This document shows positions 1 to 12,602 of a stretch of 64,000 nt of DNA, in pieces. The stretch is from Nitrospirales bacterium (GTDB taxonomy: Bacteria; Nitrospirota; Nitrospiria; Nitrospirales; UBA8639), in the NCBI GenBank assembly GCA_965203295.1, contig CBDBCZ010000017.1:1728001-1792000 (forward strand). Reading direction: 5' to 3'. The position numbers and the translations under genes are program-made. The notes beneath the pieces were generated by a model, which was given only the letters and a program-made list of their open reading frames with translations, was not told the DNA's origin and did no database searches. Position 1 is the first letter of the stretch; each line of letters opens with the position of its first letter.

Positions 1-464
1 ACCCGCAGCCTGTGAGTGTCCGACATCGAGGCAGGTACATTCCGTAAATAAAATGGACAGATTGGGAAGTAGATCCTATGCCACTGAGAATGAAGCGACA
101 AAGGCTGCTACATACTTCTCCAAGCTGCAGGATTGAATTGCTAGAATGCTGCAGAATGCGTCGTGCGCTAAATTACTACTACATCATACACTAGTAATAT
201 TTGCCAAATTTATAATTCACCATTATAAATTTTTAGCTGTTTTCCGCTCATTCAACAGTCTTACGGAATCAAAAGCTATTCAGGCTGCATCTTGCATTAT
301 GTCATGAGCGTTATCAGCAGTTCCAACAACTTTAAGGTTACAGCTGTGTGGATTTTAATTCGCCGAATTAATTCCTACAAATTTCTTTTCGAGTTTAATA
401 GCTTTGCAAATAGAATTATCTACAGGGATAGTGCTCTTTTTATGAATACTTTAATCCATGACAG

Positions 465-548
465 GTCGAGCGATTACTGCTAGCTTGTGAAAAAGGTGAT
501 ACTGAAGCAGTGGCCACCATACTCAAGCAGGGATCTATCCCTGAAGAG
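465..548 (+). CDS. Exon X1 (84 nt), degenerate/cap-like ankyrin helix pair VERLLLACEKGDTEAVATILKQGSIPEE
   Basis: gacag|GTC...GAG|gtacat; paralogues at 1594 and 44521. Confidence 0.75.
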
Positions 549-762
549 GTACATGTACATGTATAGATACGTAACATGAATAGGATGTGTGGGTAGATAT
601 AGCTAAAACCAAGTGGACCTTTTAAAGTCGAAGGTAAAAGCACTCAATTAAATTGGAGGAGCTTACTTATTAGCCACTGCATTTCATTATGAACTATCCA
701 TGTATAAAACGTAGTGGCAATGTAAATGCCACTAGTAAAAGACTATACTTCCTTTTCTGCAG

Positions 763-843
763 TGGCTACAAACAGCAATGGAAATGGCTTTGGAATCTGA
801 ACACCATGGCATTATTAGAATTCTGCAGAATAAACAAGAAGAG
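763..843 (+). CDS. Exon Y1 (81 nt), cap-like ankyrin WLQTAMEMALESEHHGIIRILQNKQEE
   Basis: ttttctgcag|TGG...GAG|gtagct; paralogues at 1924, 28291 and 44851. Confidence 0.75.
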
Positions 844-935
844 GTAGCTACACCTTGTTATTGTCAATGTCATTTAAAGAATTAAAACAACTACTATCAA
901 TGAACAGAATTTTTCTATTGCTCTATAAAGCATAG

Positions 936-986
936 CCTATCCAAGAAGGTGAAGTGGAGCAATCTATTCCTTTACAAGAGCAGATG
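936..986 (+). pseudogene. Z-class linker exon with lost donor (PIQEGEVEQSIPLQEQM followed by 'at', not 'gt')
   Basis: Homologous to the Z exons at 2137 etc.; donor reads ataatt; read-through meets TGA within 7 codons. Confidence 0.55.
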
Positions 987-1133
987 ATAATTCCATTTTC
1001 TTTCTGAGCATATTCCCCTCATAGTATTTCACAGTTTTATCTTGTTTGTATTGACATAGATAATGTTTTGTTACCCAGTGCAGACAATGCACATGTGCAT
1101 ATTTTTAGCACAAGTTATATTATTATCTTATAG

Positions 1134-1175
1134 CCTTTTCAAGAAGATAAAGAAAAACAATCCGAAGAACAATTG
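1134..1175 (+). CDS. Exon W1 (42 nt), linker PFQEDKEKQSEEQL
   Basis: ttatag|CCT...TTG|gtagg; paralogues at 27566 and 44063. Confidence 0.7.
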
Positions 1176-1593
1176 GTAGGTTAATTGGTACTTAAAACAG
1201 ATTGTTTTTTTTTTCTTATCCACTGATCATTTCTTTTTTATACTAAGCAAAAATAAATGCAAGTACTCAATTACAATTGATATTGTGTATTTTTAACGCA
1301 TCACTGTTAAGGTTATCGTTCTACAGCCTATTCTGCAATTAATCTCTTATGCATAAGGACTTAGGAACATGGCTGATGCAAGTATCCCCTCAATCTTTAC
1401 CACCACATCATAACCAGGGTGTACTTGTATAGTGTCATCGATTCCAACAACTGCTAGTTTGGTCAACAGCTGTAAAGAACAATTTGCCAAATCTGTTTCC
1501 ATACACTGGTATAGCATTGCAAATAATTTCTCTACCAAATTAAGGGTGAACCAATTTATCGCTCTTTTTTGTCAATACTTGAACCTGTGACAG

Positions 1594-1677
1594 GTTGAAA
1601 GCTTATTGCTGGCGTGTGAAGAAGGCAATACTGAAGGTGTGGCTGCAATACTGAAGCAAGGAACTATCTCCACAGAG
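1594..1677 (+). CDS. Exon X2 (84 nt) VESLLLACEEGNTEGVAAILKQGTISTE
   Basis: gacag|GTT...GAG|gtacat. Confidence 0.75.
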
Positions 1678-1923
1678 GTACATATACACAATGGGAATAG
1701 CACATGATGTATGACCTCCAATCAAGTTTCGAGGATGTTCATTATTAGATATAGCCCTGAACCAGGTGTTGTTTTTTTCTGCCAGTCACATTTTGTATGT
1801 AGAATTGAATGAAGGAGCTTACTCAACAATGACATTTCAATATAAAATATCCGTGTATACTGCTCAGCAATAAATAGAAGTTTTAACTGTAACTAGCAAA
1901 AGACTGGAATTCTCTTTTTACAG

Positions 1924-2004
1924 TGGCTGCAAACAGCAATGGAAATGGCTTGTGAAAGTGAACACAGTGGCATTATCAGTCTTCTGAAGAATGCACAAGG
2001 AAAG
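1924..2004 (+). CDS. Exon Y2 (81 nt) WLQTAMEMACESEHSGIISLLKNAQGK
   Basis: tttacag|TGG...AAG|gtagct. Confidence 0.75.
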
Positions 2005-2136
2005 GTAGCTGTCTAATTAGTTGTTATATCATTTATTGAATTAAAAATAAGTGCCATCAATGGAAAAAAGTTTTCTCCAGAAATACATTATGTAATAAAA
2101 GAATTGTTCACTGTTGTACCTCTTCTGCATACATAG

Positions 2137-2187
2137 TCTGTCCAAGAAGGTGAAGTGGAGCAATCAGATCCTTCACAAGAACAGAAG
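2137..2187 (+). CDS. Exon Z1 (51 nt), linker SVQEGEVEQSDPSQEQK
   Basis: acatag|TCT...AAG|gttggt. Confidence 0.65.
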
Positions 2188-2335
2188 GTTGGTACAAGGA
2201 AAGGTAGCTGTCTAATTAGTTGTTATATCATTTATTGAATTAAAAATAAGTGCCATCAATGGAAAAAAGTTTTCTCCAGAAATACATTATGTAATAAAAG
2301 AATTGTTCACTGTTGTACCTCTTCTGCATACATAG

Positions 2336-2386
2336 TCTGTCCAAGAAGGTGAAGTGGAGCAATCAGATCCTTCACAAGAACAGAAG
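2336..2386 (+). CDS. Exon Z2 (51 nt), copy of Z1
   Basis: Second tandem unit. Confidence 0.6.
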
Positions 2387-2534
2387 GTTGGTACAAGGAA
2401 AGGTAGCTGTCTAATTAGTTGTTATATCATTTATTGAATTAAAAATAAGTGCCATCAATGGAAAAAAGTTTTCTCCAGAAATACATTATGTAATAAAAGA
2501 ATTGTTCACTGTTGTACCTCTTCTGCATACATAG

Positions 2535-2585
2535 TCTGTCCAAGAAGGTGAAGTGGAGCAATCAGATCCTTCACAAGAACAGAAG
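2535..2585 (+). CDS. Exon Z3 (51 nt), copy of Z1
   Basis: Third tandem unit; donor gttgtt. Confidence 0.6.
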
Positions 2586-2984
2586 GTTGTTTACGTATTC
2601 AGCTCTTAGTATATAGTAGTGTAGAGAAGAGAGGGAGATACGTACGAGCTGAAAGCTCCCATGCAAAAGCTAAATTTTAAACAATTCCTACGATAATTTT
2701 TTAACTGTTATTGGCCAGCACACACTGCAGTCTGTCAGCTTAATGCTTGTAGATGGTTTAATTGTAAACCAACTCTATGTTCTAAAGTAATCTGTAACCC
2801 CATCAAGGCCACTGGTGACTCTCATTTTTTTTTTGCTAGTGGCATCAAGCCCAAAAAAGTACTCAATGATGACTACCTGCTGACCTTTTGACTAAAATGC
2901 TGCTGGCTAAAATCGTCTCCACAGTGTACAAAATCTTCTAAATTAACTCTCAGTGCCTAGTAAGAGTAGTTTAATGATTGTCAT

Positions 2985-4119
2985 GTAAACGAATGGAGTT
3001 GAGGGGGTCGAAGAAGTCGTCAAGATCTTGTCTACCGTGGGGCCAAAGAACGAACGTGTCATCAACATATCTCAGCCAGATGTCAGGCTTTGTGCTGGCT
3101 AGTTCCAGAGCTTGCTGCTCAAAGAACTCCATGTATATGTTAGCAACTATAGGGGTAAGTGGGAAGCCCATTGCCGCGCCGTCTGTTTTTGGTAGAAGCT
3201 ATCTTCGTAGGAGAAGTACGTCGTCTTGAGGCACAGGGTCAGCAGTTCCATGATGGAGTCCACACTGAGAGTCGTTCTCGAGTCCAGAGATACGTCATCC
3301 TCAAGTCTGCTTCTGATCACCTGGAGCGCTTTATCAACAGGAACATTCATGAACAGACTCTTGACATCGAAGCTGACCATGGTAGCATCATTCACGGTCT
3401 CCACTCCCTCCAACACTTGCACAAAGTGCGCAGCGTACGTACGTACAAATCTATCGGGCAAGGGCATATGTAGGAGAGCCGATTGTACACACAATTGGTC
3501 TGAGAGTGACGTCGTCCTTGTGGATTTTCGGTAACCCATAGAGGAATGGGGCTGGGCAATGCTCTGGTCTGAGTCTCCAGTAAGTCGTCATATTGAGTTC
3601 CCGATTCTGTACCAGGGACCAAAGTTTCTCACTGATTCTTCTCTCCACCTCTTTGGTGGGGTCTCATCTGACTTTACTGTAGCTATCTGCAGCGAGGAGC
3701 GTGTTGATTTTGACATCATACGCCCCCTTGTCAAGTAGGACAGTGGCATTTCCTTTATCTGCTGGAAGGATCACTATGCTAGGATCATTCTTCAGAGCCT
3801 GCAAGGCCTCCCTGTGTTGCTTCGGGAGATTGGAAGACGGTTCAGTGGACCTTCTGAGAGTCTGTCTCACCGCCAACCGGACATTGTTGGTTGCATCCGG
3901 ATCACGTACCTTCGTCAGACCCATTTCTACACTCACCACAATATCCAACACTGGGATTCTCCTCGGGGGGACAGCAAAGTTTTGACCCTTGCCTAGGACT
4001 TCCTCCTCGCTCGTTAGTCGTCGCTGGCTGAGGTTGATGACGGAACCTGGAGTCGTCTGAGAGCAGGGACCGTCCCTCCTTCCTGCACGTGTCCGTAGCT
4101 TGTCGAATTTTCGCTTTTT
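2985..4119 (-). mobile_element. Penelope-like retroelement reverse transcriptase fragment (frameshifted, truncated)
   Basis: Successive minus-strand frames give VINLS, ILPADKGNATV, LYGLPKIHK..LRPIV, VSFDVKSLFMNVP, MGFPLTPIVANIYME and WLRYVDDTF, the motif order of PLE RTs; GIY-YIG part absent. Confidence 0.85.
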
Positions 4120-5998
4120 TGAGCCATACCATGACATCTCAAGTGTTTTCAACAGCAGCAAGACTGTTAGCATTGCTAGAAACCTTTGCTGGAGTACCAC
4201 ATTGGCAAATTGCTACACTGGGGGGGAGGGGTGTAGATGCGTAAGTTCCACTTTTGGAGTGTAAGATATAACCCCATTTCTGTAGTAAATGTGAAGGTAT
4301 TGTCATCACATAGGAGCATCCATAGTGGCTGCATGATGGTTGTTTCCTCTATCTACTATCAACAGCGCATATAAACACTCTCTTACCCAGGGAACATTTC
4401 CTTATAAACTCCTACTGTAGTGCATTAGAAGTGACTAAATAATGATAATAGACTAGCAAGTGCCTAAACGCAAGCAAATACGTAGGGTGTAGACAAAAGC
4501 TCAACATACACAGCAGAATCCCAAAACCTTTTTCACATGTCATGGCAAGTGCACATCTGCAGTTATACTGCAGTTAGAGGATATTATCATGCCAACTAGT
4601 AACTTAGGGTTTTCTTAGTATAAATGTTGGACACCCACAAAGGAATAACGGGGAGTAGTACTAGTTCCCCAGGACATCCTGGCTACTAGGATGTTATTAT
4701 TTGTGTGGGAGTGTTGCAGGATGTCCCGCAGTATCTGTGACATCCTGGACACTGGAACAGTGATAGATGTGCCCTGTAGTGTCTGGGACATCCTGGAAAA
4801 TGGTAGTGTCGTAGGACATCTGGATAGTGGTAGTCGCGTGAAAGTGTCACTGGATGTTCCAGAGTCCATGACAACCTGGACACAACCTGGACACTTGAAC
4901 AGTGGCAGATATCCTGGACTCTCTGACAGTTTTAGTAATGTGGGAGTGTAAGTGGATGTAGCAGAATGTCTGAACACTTGGACAGTAGACAACCAAGATT
5001 CCCCAGCTTTGCAGTCTTGGTATTCCCTTGTCTGCTTGGTGTTGCCCAACCAATTGAGACAAGTGTGGGTAAAACTGAATGTGGGTGAAAAAAGGTTGCT
5101 GGAAAATATCAGTGTCATATACACTTTTCCAGCAAACAGTTGAATGGACAGATGGACAGAAAACTGAACAGCTAGCTCAGTAATGTAGGAGTCACTCTTT
5201 TATTCTTTTCAACTCTGCGATTAAGTTCATAGGTACTTGTGTAGTAAACGAGATACAATGTAGTAAATCTTATACCTGGGCGGGACTTAACTGTATGTGT
5301 ATTACTGTGATGTCAAAAGAAGCTTTTAAGGTTGCCCATCAGTACACCTTTTAATACACCTGTATCGATACAGTATACTGCATGCAGTGTGATAATGAAA
5401 GGATCTTTTGATGGATTTTGCATGTCAGAATGATGAAGCGCTTTTGAGCATCGAGTCCTGAATTAGACATATAATTGTGTGGAAGGCCAGTGCTGGAGGT
5501 ATAGCTACCACTTTTGTTTATTGATTGTGAAACAAATGATGGCTAGATAGATCATCATGTAATGTATTGATCTTGGGTAGACTGATACAGGTACATTATC
5601 TCCCACTTAGTCAGTATTTTAGCACAAGCTAGTCCACGTGACTAGGTACTGCCTCCGGGCCTAGAAAACGAATTCCATGCACAAATGAGGATGTAAATAT
5701 ATTATATTAAAATGTTCACTACACATGCACATGATTATTAATCACTTTATACAATCATGAAGTTCTTGAAGTCTAGCAATGGAGCCATATGATGGGGCTA
5801 TCAAGAGTGCTAGAGTCAGACAGTGCAGTGGTGGGGGGAAGATATGTATTTTGGGATAAACCTCCTCAGAAAGCACACTGCTTTCCATGTTTGGCATAAG
5901 CCTCAGAAGGGTGGGCCTAATGCCTATGTGTGGTGAATCTGCACTATTTAGTTGATTCGTTTATAATTCACACTTTCTGGTCTTCCTCCCTACCTCAG

Positions 5999-6094
5999 TA
6001 TGGGGAGAGAGCCCTGATTGCTGCCAGTGTTGAAAGACTTCTTGATACTGCACGAAAACTCTTAGCCGCCAGGGATGTCAATGTTCAGGATAAA
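5999..6094 (+). CDS. Ankyrin exon A1 (96 nt) YGERALIAASVERLLDTARKLLAARDVNVQDK
   Basis: tctggtcttcctccctacctcag|TAT...AAA|gtaagt. Confidence 0.85.
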
Positions 6095-7566
6095 GTAAGT
6101 TATACTAACTGCTCATTGTCTTTATTAATTCCCCTCAAGTGGTCATTAGAAGCCATTCTGAGAGTAGTGATGTTACAATTTCTCATGCTATATTTGACCT
6201 GTAAAGCTGTAGTAGTTGATTGGCCTGAAAGGATGGGCTCAATTTCAAGCGTTAACCTTAGCATAGCCCGTGTGCTAATTCAGTATCACTTTAACTGCTG
6301 TTCTCAATTTCAGTGTCGAATGTTTAGGTTGTTGTGCTCAGTCATTATATTGTGGAGGATTCGGAAGGCCTATAAATGGAATGATAGTCAGTAGTCATAC
6401 AATTAGGTGTCACCTCCATGTGTTTGTATGAAACATTATAGCATCTGCCAACGGCAGTAGTGCTGCTGACTGCATGAGCCACGTGGAGGCAGCTCCATAT
6501 TGAAGCCTCAAATTGTGTGGATAATTGACTCGGTCACAGTGTGAGGAAAGTGCATAGTACCGGTACCTGCATGTTCTTTTAATAGCCAAAGCACTTAGTG
6601 TAATTTGTGTAATGTCCATATGTTATAGAACATTGAGCATCTGCCAGTGGCAGTATGTAGTCTCATCCCCAGACCCTCTCCTTACATGTAAAAAATGTGG
6701 GAAAAAATGGGAGGAGAGGGTCTGGTGAAGGTGATACAGAAGAAAGGGATTAATGGGGTGTTTGTGTGTGGGTTTTGCTGATGCAATCTCAGTTATCCAA
6801 AATAAGTGTGGCTTGTGCACACATCTGAGGGTGGGGCTGGCAGCTACAGAACTTTTGTCCTTTTTGTGGCACATTCCTGAGGTTTTGTGTGGCAGTGTGT
6901 ATCTTCCTGTCAGCCATTTCCAGTCTTTACTTTCCCAATAGTTAGAATGTACTGTACTTGCATGATTTATGGCGTCTATGTTTCAGTACCCACCTATCAT
7001 ATGAAGGAAAGCCTTGGAACAGTGCTTGTTCATCACTTCAAATAATATGGAGCTAGCACCATGTCTATGTCTGAACACTCTGTTTCTTAAATGGTATCTT
7101 CCATTACTAGTACTAGGCTAGTTATGAAATGTCATTGGCATGCCACATACTCCCTGTGTACCTATCGGGGGGTGCTTAGGATGCTGTAGTACTCACCCAC
7201 CCACTCCCTGGTTTGCCCGTACCTCCTTGGATGTATCTGCTTGTTTTATACTGTCCACAGTGAATTGTATTGTAGACACAGTCTCTCTTTCAAGTTGAGT
7301 ATGGACTTTATAATAGAGTTTAGCATACATGATAATAGTTTCACAAGAAAGGTAGCTAAATTCATAATTCCAATGTATGGGCTCAGTACATGGTAGTAAT
7401 GTTGAAGTTTTATCCACCCTACTCAAAGACTTTGAGAGCTAATAGTGTAGGCACTGTGTGATTGCAAGATGTCAGATGTTGTATGGTGCCATGAGTAGGG
7501 GTGGGCCTATCATATTTAATCGATTTGTTCATAATTCTCACTCTCTGGTCTTCCTCCCTTCCTCAG

Positions 7567-7665
7567 TTTGGGTTAACAGCCCTTATGCGTGCTAGTGTTC
7601 AAGGTCATCATGTCATTGTGCAAGAACTATTGTCCCTCAGAGCAGATCTCAATGTTCAAAGTAAA
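7567..7665 (+). CDS. Ankyrin exon B1 (99 nt) FGLTALMRASVQGHHVIVQELLSLRADLNVQSK
   Basis: cctcag|TTT...AAA|gtaagt; ankyrin consensus. Confidence 0.9.
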
Positions 7666-8048
7666 GTAAGTTATACTAAATGCTCATTGCCCTTATAAAT
7701 TCCCTTCAAGTGGCCACAAAAAAGAATGATTTCTGTGTATTATACTGTGGATTTGCTATGTAAGTGACGAGTGAATGTGAATGTTTATGGAAGCTCACAA
7801 AAATTTGATCACAATACATTTCATCATGGAGAAGATTACATCATCGTAACATGCCATATGCCATAGTAGCTGCATTTCTCTGATGTGAACATTGCTTGGA
7901 AAGTTGTCATAACATAAATACTTCCGTTATCTGTGGTTAGGTTTCAATGCTTTTCACCCCCAAAGTTTATGTCTTAACTGGGCGATTTTCTTTGAAGAAC
8001 TTGAGTTTGTGTGCAGGTGTACAACGTGTTAAATTTTTAACTTCAAAT

Positions 8049-9454
8049 AGTATCCAATAGCATTGGATGTTGGTCAAATAGTATCCAATAGCGTTGGATG
8101 TTGGTCAAATTGCGGCTACGGTAATGATTGACCTGAGTAAGGCTTTTGACACCATCAACCACGACTTGTTGTTGAGGAAGTTGTCTACTTATGGGGTACG
8201 TGGAAAAGAATTGTTGTGGTTCACAGACTATCTTGCGGGGAGAAAGCAGCGTGTGGTGGTGGATGGAGTTTCCTCAGAGTGGGCCAACATATCTATGGGT
8301 GTTCCTCAGGGATCTATCCTTGGACCACTGTTGTTTTTGATTTTTGTGAATGATTTACCGGATGCTGTGGAGGAGTGTTCTACTAACCTTTATGCCGATG
8401 ATACGACTATCTACTCGGCGGATGCAGATCCTGCAGTACTTGGTGCTAGAGTGGAGGGTGATCTGGGGAGAGTGGCAGGCTGGATTAACTCAAATGGGCT
8501 AAGAATGAATGTGGCTAAGACACAGTTGATGGTCCTCAGCAGGAAGGGGAAGCGAGCATGTGGGGATGCGGACTCTGTTCAGGTGAAGGTTGGGGATGTT
8601 GAACTGAAGAAGCAAGACTGTGTGAGGTATCTTGGGGTGGAGATCGACAAGGATCTTACCTGGAAGTCTCATATTGAGAAGGTGCATCAACAGTGCATGG
8701 GCAAGTTGGCAGTAATAAGAAGAGCTGGGTCATATCTGCCTTGTCACATCCGGAAGTTGCTATACCAAGCATTTATCCTCCCTCATCTGGATTATTGCTC
8801 TGTGGTTTGGAATAGCTGTGGACAAGGTTTGAGCGATCGTGTTGAGAGGATACAAAACTATGCCCTCAGAATGATTTTGCGTAAGCCCCCTCTCACAAGT
8901 AGTAAACTGCTCCAGCAGACTCTGGGCTGGACTACCCTGAGGGCAAGACGACACCATGCTATGCTCTGTCAGGTCCATCGTTGCTGCACTAACCAAGCAC
9001 CTCCATACCTATGCTCTAAGTTCTCTGTAAACTCAAACATTTCTGCCGTTAGGACTAGGGGCTCGGATAAGTTGCACTTGCCTCAACCTCGGACAAGCTT
9101 TTTCCACTCGAGTTTTGAATTTCAAGGAGCCATATGGTACAACAAGTTACCCAAGGACATTAGGGACCTTACGAGAAGTACTTTATTTAAGTCTGCTTTG
9201 CTTAAATATAATTGCACTAATTTGTAGTTTTTTTGTATATTATTATTTTCTTTTTTACTTTCCTTGTTGTTGCCTTGAGTCACTGACTGCCTTGCTGTTT
9301 GTTTTATTGTTGTTGTTGTTTTTGGTTTGCTCTTTTGGTTTCTTTCTTTTTTTTTGTTTTGTTTGTGCATCTCCAGGACCTGTATGAAAATCTACTCTGG
9401 GTTGTAGATACAGCACTCCTGCTGCAAAATAAAATTTTATCTATCTATCTATCT
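8049..9454 (+). mobile_element. 5'-truncated L2/CR1-group non-LTR retrotransposon; uninterrupted RT ORF at 8094-9227, 3' UTR and (ATCT)n tail
   Basis: IDLSKAFDTINH, GVPQGSILGPLLF, YADDT, YLGV and PHLDYCSVVW motifs; aataaa then atctatctatctatct; absent at the paralogous site near 51460. Confidence 0.92.
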
Positions 9455-10965
9455 AAATCTTTTAATGTTTAATGGGTACGTCCATAAATGTATGATAATG
9501 GTACTACTCAACTATGAAAATTGGATGCTTTGACCCTGTATGTCTTATATCCCCAAATGGAAACAAATGACAGCCTGTTTGTAGCTTAAATTCCAATTCT
9601 TGACTTGTACCTAACTGGAACCAGTACTGTATTATTTTACCAGTGGAAATTGTCAATCATAATTGACAATCACATGTTGTGATAAAGAGTATACTACCTG
9701 CCTACGCTGCAAAAAGTCATCACAAACAAGCCTTATGGTGGTGCTAGTGTGGTGGGTTGGCCAGCAACCAAAGCAGTGGCTTTGCATTTGCGTCTAAATC
9801 ACTCGCAGGATGTAGACTAATATTTATGTATGATGCACAAAATACCTGTTGTTGCAGCTAGTGAGGAGCATGTGTAAGGAGTGTGCAGGAACAGCTTCAC
9901 ATGTACATACTGTAGTCTGTGTGATTGTGTTACGTATGTTGTGTGCGCCGGGACAGCAGTCTTGATTAATGATGTATTGGCAGTCATCACACCACTTAGA
10001 TTGGGCTGATCTTTATGTGGTGTAACTCCTGCTCTATGACTACTTGTTTGTAGTAATTGGTAGTGCTTTCTCTACAGGCAGCTCAGTGTGCTTATTTACC
10101 TGTGATAGGTTAGCCGTATAGTACGTATGCATGCGTGACGAGTGTATTAATGATGATACCAGTACCAGTCAGTAGAGAATGAAAAAAGAAAAAATAAGCA
10201 ATGCCTTTGAGAGTTCAGCATCTTTTACAAGTCACCAAGGTATATCTATCATGTAGGAACATATGAAATCGTGCGCTGTTGCTGAGCATGCAAGCACTAC
10301 TGGTTTGCGTGGGCAAGCTCAGCACGATTCCCATCTTGAGCCGTGCACCCCACATTTAGATAAATCGGTTGTACCCTCGATGCTACCTTTATGTCACACA
10401 CGGGAGAAGTGTTACCAGGCATTCCGTTTTTTTTTTCGTTTTTTTTCTTGCAGCGAAAAAAGCTGGGACGGCTGGGTTTGAGGCTACATGTTTAGCTTGT
10501 ATTCTCCATGTACATGAATATGCAGTCACTTTTTAGTATAATTAAACAACAATATTTTTGACCATCTTTTGTTCCTTAACCCATCACAACTTCTCTCGTG
10601 TGTGTTGTCTTTGCATGATGGAAGCCTCTGTGGTCCTTTGGTTTAGGGCTTCTACGAATTATAAAATGGCCATGCACCATGAGGTGTGGCATAGCTCTAA
10701 TAGTGCATACTAATAATTGATCATACAGCTTTGAAAATTATCCATATGTCCACTATAGCAATGCCTTTCAAACATTGACACACTATTGTACAAATAATCT
10801 TGTGTATTACATGCTGGCATAATTCTGCTATTCAATACATTATCTAGCAGTATGTACAAAGTTGTACTAACAAGTATGGTTAAATTCTGCTATTAGAGAT
10901 AGGTCGGGTCATGTGCATATGGGATATGGTAACTAGATAATTGTTTGCTGCTTGGAAAGAAAATA

Positions 10966-11467
10966 CAGTGGAACCTCGATTATCCGAACCTCGATTATCC
11001 GGATTGGAAAATTGTAATGAAGTTCAAAGTGCACGTGCGAATCGCACGTACCACGTGCGTTAACTAGCTCGTTCCTTTTAGCGGTTCATGGCTACTGCAA
11101 AGCATAAAAGAGTTGTTCTGTCGATGTCTGACAAAGTGGAGGTGATAAAACTGGTGTTATTTAAGCCCACCACGTTTATTAAACTGTTTGGAGTCCAATT
11201 ATAGGAGAGGAACTAACGTTGGAGCAGGAAGGAAGCAATAGCCATGATTACTTTGCTACAGTAGTGAAAAAGGACGGTAATGTTGTTGGTCGTGTACCCA
11301 CGGAACTCCCCAAGATCTATTGGAATTTTTTAGCAAGAGGAGGACGGATAAACTGCGAAGTGACAGGAAGAAGAAAGCGAGGGAAAGGATTAGAAGAACC
11401 CTGTATTTACAAATTTGGAGGAAGCATGAAGCTGATCTCAAAGCTTCGGATAATCAAGGTTCCACTG
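10966..11467 (+). mobile_element. pogo/Tigger-like non-autonomous DNA transposon carrying a transposase N-terminus and a HIRAN-like fragment
   Basis: TIR CAGTGGAACCTCGATTATCCGAA / TTCGGATAATCAAGGTTCCACTG; TA TSD confirmed by the empty site aaaata|cccgcc near 17936; MATAKHKRVVLSMSDKVEVIK at 11088. Confidence 0.85.
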
Positions 11468-11780
11468 TACCCGCCTTTAGTTTGGAGTCTCCTGTCTTTG
11501 TAATTACATTACAGCAGCTCTGGCTTCATTCACTCTGAACCTTCAATACAAATGCATTAGTGTAGCCTTGTGTTGCTAATCAGGCATGGCTACACTGTAA
11601 AATGAATGGCCTCATTCTACTCATTCCGCATCAGACAGTGTTTAGCATTGTCTCTTCCTGTGTAGCATTTGCGGTGCGTTCAGAAAAAAGGTATTCAACC
11701 AAAGCATAATATTCAACTCTCTCTTAATTGAACCACCAAGATTTGAATTGTTATGGGCAATCTTTGTCCTCTCTCTATAG

Positions 11781-11879
11781 CATGGAATAACAGCTCTGAC
11801 CTTGGCCACTGAGAAGGGTCATCATCTCATTGTACAACAACTACTACAAGGTGGAGCAGACCCCAACCTTCAGACTGAG
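11781..11879 (+). CDS. Ankyrin exon C1 (99 nt) HGITALTLATEKGHHLIVQQLLQGGADPNLQTE
   Basis: ctctctatag|CAT...GAG|gtaagc. Confidence 0.9.
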
Positions 11880-12602
11880 GTAAGCTATATAGGTGTACAA
11901 CTGGTTTTTTTCTATAGACTGCTGTATGTCACGCACTAAGGCGTTAGTGAGGCAAAGCATTTCAGATTGTAACAAGTCAAGTACCGTATAGCAGGAAATT
12001 TTCGCCAGGGGTAAATTTTCGCCAATTTCGCCAGTCAGTTCTAGTGGTGAAACTTTAATCGGTGAAAATTTTGTCGGGTATGTAAAAAGTTTGGACCGGT
12101 GAAATTTTATACATAGTCAACGATAGCATGCAGCTGCGAAAGTTTAATAAGCTCATCATAGGCCTGGATGGGTGGCCTCAGTTTCAATAGTAAACAGAGC
12201 CCATTGTCTTATATAGTATCACTTTAACTGTTGTTTATATAACCCATTCACCGCCGTTGCCGCCATATGGTGGCATGGGTACAAATATTGTGGTGTAGCG
12301 CACAGTAAGGCCTTTAGTTTCCTGTTTTTGTAATTGCATTACAGCAGCCCTGGCTTCATGCACTCTGTACCTTCGATACAAATGCATTAGTGTAGCCTTG
12401 TGTTGCTAATCAGGCATGGCTACACTGTAAAATGAGTGGCCTCATTTACTCATTCTGCATCAGGCAGTGTTTAGCATAGTTTCTTCCTATTTAGGTACGT
12501 TCAGAGAATAGATATTCAGCCAAAGAGTAATATTCAACTCTCATCATAATTGAATCACCAAGAATTGAATTGTTATGGGCAGTCACTGTCCTCTCTCTAC
12601 AG

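Larger units (their letters stand above)
1995..2589 (+). repeat. Three apparently identical 199-bp tandem units, each carrying a 51-nt Z exon
   Basis: acaaggaaaggtagctg recurs at 1995, 2194 and 2393. Confidence 0.95.

Noticed and set aside
1..200. Possible first exon or ATG near 78
   Set aside because: Short ORF with no convincing donor or homology; cannot be supported
4615..5143. 169-aa and overlapping ORFs (paralogues near 29055 and 46619)
   Set aside because: ggacatcctgg-rich intronic repeat; the frame is not preserved across the three units
5930..6394. ORF-track proteins containing FWSSSLPQ...KVS (also 7501, 21571, 31492, 37979, 50212, 57237)
   Set aside because: Intron read-through around single ankyrin exons; FWSSSLPQ is the translated acceptor
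2985..9454. Diversity-generating retroelement or retron (RT next to variable repeats)
   Set aside because: The RTs are Penelope-like and LINE types with TE hallmarks and empty paralogous sites; exon differences are not adenine-specific, and the repeats carry spliceosomal intron flanks
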